Source: Modicisalibacter tunisiensis (GTDB lineage: Bacteria > Pseudomonadota > Gammaproteobacteria > Pseudomonadales > Halomonadaceae). Taken from it: a stretch of DNA of 32,000 bases. The translations under genes were made by a program, and so were the position numbers. Below, piece after piece: positions 27,160-32,000 of the stretch; position 1 is the stretch's first letter; each line of letters opens with the position of its first letter. The notes under the pieces are model-generated. The model was not told the origin of the DNA and made no database searches. It was given only the letters and a program-made list of their open reading frames with translations. Location of the stretch: positions 348,320 through 380,319 of the forward strand of contig NZ_JAGXFD010000001.1 of the NCBI RefSeq assembly GCF_020148005.1. The letters are read 5' to 3'.

Positions 27160-27629
27160 GAGCGGTCCTCGCGGTCGAGCAGCGCATCCAGCCGCCGGCG
27201 CTCCGCGGCATCGAGCGCTCGGGGCGCCGTCCGGCGCCGCACCCGCCAGGCCAGGATTACGCCGCCCAGCCCCACCAGCAGGAAGGGCCCGCCCCACAGC
27301 AGCCAGGTCCGCGGCGACAGGCGCGGGCGGTAGAGCACATATTCACCGAAGCGCTGCACGAGAAAATCCTGGATCTCGCGATCGCTGCGCCCGGCCTCGA
27401 GCATCGCGGCGACGCGTTCGCGCATGTCCGCGGCGATCGGCGAGGCGGAGGCGGCGATGGTCTCGTTCTGGCACTTGGGGCAGCGCAGCTGGTGGGTCAG
27501 CGTCGTGTAGCGCCGGGCGAGCTGCGGATCGTCGAAGTCGCGCACCTCGATGGTCGCCGCCGCGGCCACGCCCAGCAACGCCGTCAGCAGCCCCGCCAGC
27601 AACACCGTCCGGATCAGTCGTCGCGCCAT
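27156..27629 (-). CDS. ccmH: Cytochrome c-type biogenesis protein CcmH
   Basis: The ORF is trimmed to ATG at 27629 (MARRLIRTVLLAG...). It has a signal sequence, the conserved LRCPKCQNETI (CxxC) motif and a C-terminal TM segment. Confidence 0.9.
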   Translation of the reverse strand: MARRLIRTVLLAGLLTALLGVAAAATIEVRDFDDPQLARRYTTLTHQLRCPKCQNETIAASASPIAADMRERVAAMLEAGRSDREIQDFLVQRFGEYVLYRPRLSPRTWLLWGGPFLLVGLGGVILAWRVRRRTAPRALDAAERRRLDALLDREDRS

Positions 27630-28147
27630 CGTTGCACCCGGGGCAGGATTTCCTGCTCGACATTCTCGGGCCGGATAGCACCCGTGTGGTGATAGCGAAT
27701 GATGCCGTCGCGGTCGACCAGGAAGCTCTCCGGCGCGCCATAGACGCCGAGATCGAAGCCCAGGGTCCCGTCCGGGTCGAACAGGTTGACGGCAAAGGGA
27801 TCGCCCAGCGTGTCCAGGAACTCCGTGGCCGCTTCCCGGGTGTCCTTGTAGTCGACCCCCACCAGCCTCACGCCCTGCTCGGCGAGCGCCATCAGCTGCG
27901 GCATCTCCTCGCGGCAGGTCGGGCACCAGGCGCCCCAGACGTTGACCAGGGTCACCTTGCCCGCCAGCAGCGAGGCATCATGGCGAACGTCCGGGTCGGC
28001 GACGGTCGCCAGCGAGAAGGCCGGAAATTCACGACCGATCAGCGCCGACTCGCGGCCGACAGGATCGTGGTTCAGCCCACGGTAGAGAAAGACCGCCAGC
28101 CCCGCGAACAGCACCAGCGGAACCAGCAGCAGCAGACGTCGCGTCAT
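27614..28147 (-). CDS. ccmG: Thiol:disulfide interchange protein DsbE/CcmG
   Basis: This is the C-terminal part of the 735-aa track ORF, starting at ATG 28147 (MTRRLLLLVPLVLFAGL...). It has a thioredoxin fold with WGAWCPTCREE and the GVYGAPESFL motif. Confidence 0.9.
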   Translation of the reverse strand: MTRRLLLLVPLVLFAGLAVFLYRGLNHDPVGRESALIGREFPAFSLATVADPDVRHDASLLAGKVTLVNVWGAWCPTCREEMPQLMALAEQGVRLVGVDYKDTREAATEFLDTLGDPFAVNLFDPDGTLGFDLGVYGAPESFLVDRDGIIRYHHTGAIRPENVEQEILPRVQRWRDD

Positions 28148-30126
28148 GATGTCACCACCTCGTCGTTGCACCGTTGCGCCCCGCGGCCGCGACGATAGCG
28201 GCGATCGGCCACCGCCAGCACGCCCCCGGCGGCCATCAGCGCCGCGCCCAGCCACAGCCAGCGCACGAACGGCTTGTACTGAATACGTAGAGCCCAGGCC
28301 CCATCCCCCAGGTCCTCGCCCATCGCCACGTACAGATCCCGCAGCAGGCCCGGGCGCAGGGCGACGTCGGTCATCGGCATGCGCCGCGCCAGGTAGAGAC
28401 GCTTCTCGGGATGCAGGGTGAACCGCCTCTCGCCGTCGCGACTGACGTCGAGGGTCGCGACATCGGCGACGAAGTTGGGCCCGCGCCGCTTGTCCAGCGA
28501 GCGCAGGGCGAACGTGTAACCGGCGAGCTGGACCCGGTCGCCGACCGCCATTCGCACGTTGCGTTCCACGTTGTAGTTCGAGACCACCGTCACCCCGACG
28601 ATGGTCACCGCCAGCCCCAGGTGGCCGAGCTGCATGCCCCAGTAGGCCGGTGCCAGCCGCCGCAGTCCGGCACCCGGCGAGCGGGCGTGGCGCAGCTTGT
28701 CGAACAGGTCGCGGGCCAGCGACAGCACCAGCCACAGGGCCAGCAGCAGCCCCAGCGACACCCCGGGATTCCAGCGGCCGTGATAGACGAGCGGCGCCAG
28801 CGCGGCGAGCACCACCGCACCCAGCGCCGCCCCGGCCAGCCGCCGCCACAGCTCGCGAGCCGGCATGCGCTTCCAGCGCGCCACCGGCCCCAGCCCCATG
28901 AACAGGCACAGCAGTGCCGTCAGCGGCACGAACAGGGCGTTGAAGTACGGCGGACCGACGCTGACCTTGCCCAGCCCCAGGGCGTCGAGAATCAGCGGGT
29001 AGAGCGTGCCCAGCAGCACCGTGACGGTCATCACCACCAGCAGGATGTTGTTGACCAGCAGCAGCGCATCGCGGGACAGCCAGCCGAAGGTGACGGCCTG
29101 GGAGACCCGCGGCGCACGCAGGGCGAACAGGGTCAGCGCGCCGCCCACGGTCAGCCCCAGCAGGATCAGGATGAAGGCGCCGCGTGTCGGGTCGTTGGCG
29201 AAGGCGTGCACCGAGGTCAGCACCCCGGAGCGCACCAGGAAGGTGCCCAGCAGCGACAGCGAGAAGGTGAAGATCGCCAGCAGCACCGTCCAGCTCTTGA
29301 AGCTGCCGCGCTTCTCGGTCACCGCCAGCGAATGCAGCAGCGCGGTACCCGCCAGCCAGGGCAGCAGCGAGGCGTTCTCCACCGGGTCCCAGAACCACCA
29401 GCCGCCCCAGCCCAGCTCGTAGTAGGCCCACCAGCTGCCCAGCGCGATGCCCACGGTGAGAAACGCCCAGGCGACGTTGGTCCAGGGGCGCGCCCAGCGG
29501 GTCCAGGCAGCATCGATGCGGCCCTCGAGCAGTGCGGCAATGGCGAAGGCGAAGACCACCGAGAAGCCCACGTAGCCCATGTAGAGCATCGGCGGGTGGA
29601 TGATCAGGCCGACATCCTGGAGCAGCGGGTTGAGGTCGGCGCCCTCGCCGGGGACGTTGGGCAACAGCCGCGTGAAGGGATTGGAGGTGAGCAGCACGAA
29701 CAGCAAAAAGCCGCTGCCGACCAGCCCCATCACGCCCAGAACGCGCGCCATCAGGGCCGCGGGCAGGCGCCGGGACAGTCCCGCCACGGCGCATCCCCAG
29801 CCGGCCAGCATCAGGCACCACAGCAGCATCGAGCCCTCGTGGCTACCCCATACCGCGGTGGCCTTGTAGTACCAGGGCAACTGCGAGTTGGCGTTGTTGG
29901 CGACATAGGCGACGCTGAAGTCGTCGAACAGGAAGCTCGCCATGAGGCTGGCGAATGCCACCAGCAGGAAGGCGAACTGGCCGAGCGCCATCGGCCGGGC
30001 GTAGGCCATCCACAGCGGACGCCGGGTCGCCGCCCCGGCCAGCGGCACCACGGCCTGGATCAGCGCCATCATCAGTGCCAGGATCAGGGCGAAATGGCCG
30101 ACTTCCGGGATGAACGGGAGAAGCAT
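28144..30126 (-). CDS. ccmF: Cytochrome c heme lyase subunit CcmF
   Basis: This 660-aa polytopic protein has the WWD-type tryptophan-rich motif WGGWWFWDPVEN. It is adjacent to ccmE and ccmG. Confidence 0.95.
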   Translation of the reverse strand: MLLPFIPEVGHFALILALMMALIQAVVPLAGAATRRPLWMAYARPMALGQFAFLLVAFASLMASFLFDDFSVAYVANNANSQLPWYYKATAVWGSHEGSMLLWCLMLAGWGCAVAGLSRRLPAALMARVLGVMGLVGSGFLLFVLLTSNPFTRLLPNVPGEGADLNPLLQDVGLIIHPPMLYMGYVGFSVVFAFAIAALLEGRIDAAWTRWARPWTNVAWAFLTVGIALGSWWAYYELGWGGWWFWDPVENASLLPWLAGTALLHSLAVTEKRGSFKSWTVLLAIFTFSLSLLGTFLVRSGVLTSVHAFANDPTRGAFILILLGLTVGGALTLFALRAPRVSQAVTFGWLSRDALLLVNNILLVVMTVTVLLGTLYPLILDALGLGKVSVGPPYFNALFVPLTALLCLFMGLGPVARWKRMPARELWRRLAGAALGAVVLAALAPLVYHGRWNPGVSLGLLLALWLVLSLARDLFDKLRHARSPGAGLRRLAPAYWGMQLGHLGLAVTIVGVTVVSNYNVERNVRMAVGDRVQLAGYTFALRSLDKRRGPNFVADVATLDVSRDGERRFTLHPEKRLYLARRMPMTDVALRPGLLRDLYVAMGEDLGDGAWALRIQYKPFVRWLWLGAALMAAGGVLAVADRRYRRGRGAQRCNDEVVTS

Positions 30127-30140
30127 GCGACGGCTCCGGG

Positions 30141-30596
30141 CTACTCGGTGCGCCGATAGTCGGCGGGTGACTTGCCGGCCGCCGCGAGCGCGTCGGCGAC
30201 TTCCGGCGGCATGTAGTTCTCGTCGTGCTTGGCCAGCACCTGATCGGCCTGCAGGACGCCGTCGTCGGCCAGCCTGCCGACCACCACCACGCCCTGCCCC
30301 TCGCGGAACAGGTCGGGCAGGATGCCCTGATAGGCGACCTCGAGCGAGGCCTGGAAGTCGGTCACCGTGAAGGTCACGGCCAGGCTGTCGGCATCGCGCG
30401 CCACGCTGCCCGTCTCGACCATGCCCCCGGCGCGGATCTGGCGGCCGACCGGCGCCTCGCCAGCGGCGACCTGCGACGGGCTGAAGAAGAGATTGATGTT
30501 GCTGCGCAGGGCGTAGCCCAGCAGGCCGGCGGCCACGGCCGCCAGCACCACCAGCGCCAGCAGCACGCCCAGGCGGCGCCTACGCGCGGGCGTCAT
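30141..30596 (-). CDS. ccmE: Cytochrome c heme chaperone CcmE
   Basis: This 151-aa protein has an N-terminal anchor and an OB-fold body. The heme-binding region is [14 protein letters not shown]. Confidence 0.95.
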   Translation of the reverse strand: MTPARRRRLGVLLALVVLAAVAAGLLGYALRSNINLFFSPSQVAAGEAPVGRQIRAGGMVETGSVARDADSLAVTFTVTDFQASLEVAYQGILPDLFREGQGVVVVGRLADDGVLQADQVLAKHDENYMPPEVADALAAAGKSPADYRRTE

Positions 30597-30819
30597 GGGA
30601 ACCTCGTGGGACGGCCTTCCGTGGGGCGGCCTCCCGTGGGGCGGCGTCCGCCGCCGCGCGCCGCTGCCGACGGCGCAGCTCCCGCAGCCGGCGACGATGC
30701 TCGGCCACGGCCTGCAGGCCGCCGCCGACCAGCACCGCCAGGGTCACGCCCCAGGCGGGCCAGACGTAGGGGGCATAACCGCCCATGTTCAGGAATGCGT
30801 TCAGCGACTCGAAGGCCAT
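30580..30819 (-). CDS. ccmD: Heme exporter protein CcmD
   Basis: The N-terminus is [30 protein letters not shown], followed by a basic tail, which is the typical CcmD pattern. It overlaps the ccmE start by 17 nt. Confidence 0.85.
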   Translation of the reverse strand: MAFESLNAFLNMGGYAPYVWPAWGVTLAVLVGGGLQAVAEHRRRLRELRRRQRRAAADAAPREAAPRKAVPRGSHDARA

Positions 30820-30873
30820 GGTTGTCTCGCGGTGCGACCGCGCGGGTCAGGGGTGACGGCTACCGAATACCAC

Positions 30874-30931
30874 AAGTGTATACATTTATCGGCTTTAAAG
30901 TGTATACAACCATTGTCGCCATTTTTGTCAA
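30874..30931 (-). promoter_or_regulatory. Twin AAGTGTATACA repeats (each with the palindrome TGTATACA) plus a perfect TTGACA hexamer in the ccmC-ccmD spacer
   Basis: The repeats lie at 30874..30884 and 30898..30908. On the minus strand, TTGACA (30931..30926) lies 17 bp upstream of TGTATA and 19 bp upstream of TATACA. Confidence 0.35.
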
Positions 30932-31055
30932 GCCCAGGCCGACTCGGGGCTATTGCCGATAGATGAACCATGACTCGGGCTGGGCCGACGGCGTCCTCGT
31001 CAAAGCCAACGGCGATGCCCTGCCGGCCGACCGCGGCTGGCAGCGACCGCCCCGA

Positions 31056-31787
31056 TCAGCTCCCCAGCTCGAGCACCCAGCGCTTGCGTCCCTCGCGGCG
31101 CAGGATCTCGCTGCGCGTGCGGGTCAGCGTCAGCGCGACGAAGTAGGCGTAGAAGCCGAGCACCATCACCGCCAGCGGCAGCCACATCTCGGCGGGCATC
31201 GCCGGGCGCTGGGTCAGGGTGAAGGTGGCCGGCTGGTGCAGGGTGTTCCACCAGTCCACCGAGTACTTGATGATGGGGATGTTGATCACGCCGACCAGGG
31301 TCAGCAGCGATGCCGCCCGGGCGCCGCCGTCACGGCTGGCGAAGGCGCCGCGCAGCGCGATGACCCCCAGGTAGAGAAACAGCTGGATCAGCATCGAGGT
31401 CAGCCGCGCATCCCACACCCACCAGGTGCCCCAGGTGGGCACGCCCCACACCGAGCCGGAGAACAGCGCCACGCCGGTCATCGCCGCGCCGAACGGCGCG
31501 ATCACCGTGGCCACCATGTCGGCGAGCTTGATGCGCCAGACCAGGAAGATCGCCCCGGCCACGGCCATCAGCACGAAGCATGACTGGGCGAGGATCGCCG
31601 CCGGCACGTGCACGTAGAGGATGCGAAAGCTGTCGCCCTGCTGGTAGTCGGCGGGCGCGAAGAGCAGCGCCCAGACACTGCCCGTGCCCAGCAGCAGGGC
31701 CGCCAGCGCCCACAGCCACGGCTGCCAGCGTCCGGCGATGGTGTAGAAGGTTCTGGGCGAGCCCAGACGATGAACGACGTCCCACAT
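31056..31787 (-). CDS. ccmC: Heme exporter protein CcmC
   Basis: This 243-aa protein starts [15 protein letters not shown] and has the WWD motif [13 protein letters not shown]. Confidence 0.95.
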   Translation of the reverse strand: MWDVVHRLGSPRTFYTIAGRWQPWLWALAALLLGTGSVWALLFAPADYQQGDSFRILYVHVPAAILAQSCFVLMAVAGAIFLVWRIKLADMVATVIAPFGAAMTGVALFSGSVWGVPTWGTWWVWDARLTSMLIQLFLYLGVIALRGAFASRDGGARAASLLTLVGVINIPIIKYSVDWWNTLHQPATFTLTQRPAMPAEMWLPLAVMVLGFYAYFVALTLTRTRSEILRREGRKRWVLELGS

Positions 31788-31799
31788 GAGCGTGTTACC

Positions 31800-32000
31800 T
31801 CACCCGTGAATACTGATTCGCAGGGCGCCGGCGATCGCCCACGGCGCCAGCATCAGCGCCAGGGCCAGCTGGGCGCCCAGCATGGCCAGTGCCGGTGCGA
31901 CGTCCCCGCCCATCGCCGCGGCCTGGACGGCGCCGGACCCGAAGATCAGCACCGGAATAGTCAGCGGCAGCACCAGCAGCGACAGTAGCACGCTGCCTCG
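31800..32000 (-). CDS. ccmB: Heme exporter protein CcmB (C-terminal part only; the gene continues beyond the window)
   Basis: The hydrophobic C-terminus ...LVLPLTIPVLIFGSGAVQAA...APWAIAGALRISIHG is typical of CcmB. The reading frame stays open to base 32000, and the gene lies 12 bp upstream of ccmC. Confidence 0.8.
   Translation of the reverse strand, partial: RGSVLLSLLVLPLTIPVLIFGSGAVQAAAMGGDVAPALAMLGAQLALALMLAPWAIAGALRISIHG

Noticed and set aside
27614-29821. A 735-aa minus-strand ORF spanning ccmG and most of ccmF.
   Set aside because: Only the last 177 codons, from ATG at 28147, are the real DsbE/CcmG. The upstream part is an alternative open frame over ccmF, translating to Arg/Ala/Gly-rich nonsense, whereas the ccmF frame 28144..30126 has the WWD motif.
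30801-30971. A 56-aa minus-strand ORF (MVHLSAIAPS...GCIHFKADKCIHLWYS...) inside the ccmC-ccmD spacer, running into the ccmD start in another frame.
   Set aside because: It has no Shine-Dalgarno sequence and uses A/T-ending codons very unlike the neighbouring genes. The duplicated CIH simply reflects translation of the TGTATACAC repeats. It is kept only as a remote alternative to the regulatory interpretation.

Overview
This is a high-GC chromosomal core segment from a gammaproteobacterium. Gene content and protein sequences look Halomonas- or Chromohalobacter-like, but that is inference, not a search result. I can support 28 protein-coding genes. On the left are argA, a PiT-family phosphate transporter with its DUF47/PhoU-like partner, and a divergent CYTH (triphosphatase-like) gene coupled to a Kv-type K+ channel. 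These are followed by the yciO-trpH / yciB-yciI cluster, phaC, mnmC, bdhA plus a patatin-like lipase, and a HlyD/ABC/ABC-2 exporter. The right half is one long minus-strand run: ccmB (partial), ccmCDEFGHI, smc, zipA, ligA and yheU. Many long ORFs in the six-frame track are antisense or out-of-frame artefacts of the GC content. Several real genes start downstream of the track's first start codon, and I trimmed those by N-terminal homology. I see no transposase, integrase, phage genes, CRISPR array, toxin-antitoxin pair or recognisable defence operon, and I cannot honestly claim a novel protein-coding system here. The observations worth a second look are non-coding. (1) At the left edge, a sigma-54 promoter with an IHF site and two 18-bp upstream sites points into a hairpin-rich transcript carrying GGCAAGGA repeats. 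(2) A 236-bp A+T-rich spacer with twin TGTATACA palindromes splits the otherwise tightly packed ccm operon between ccmC and ccmD. (3) A symmetric ~139-bp imperfect palindrome of the ERIC/MITE type lies between convergent genes. (4) The yciI-phaC intergenic region is dense with repeats. Coordinates of motifs were counted by hand and checked against ORF-track coordinates where possible.
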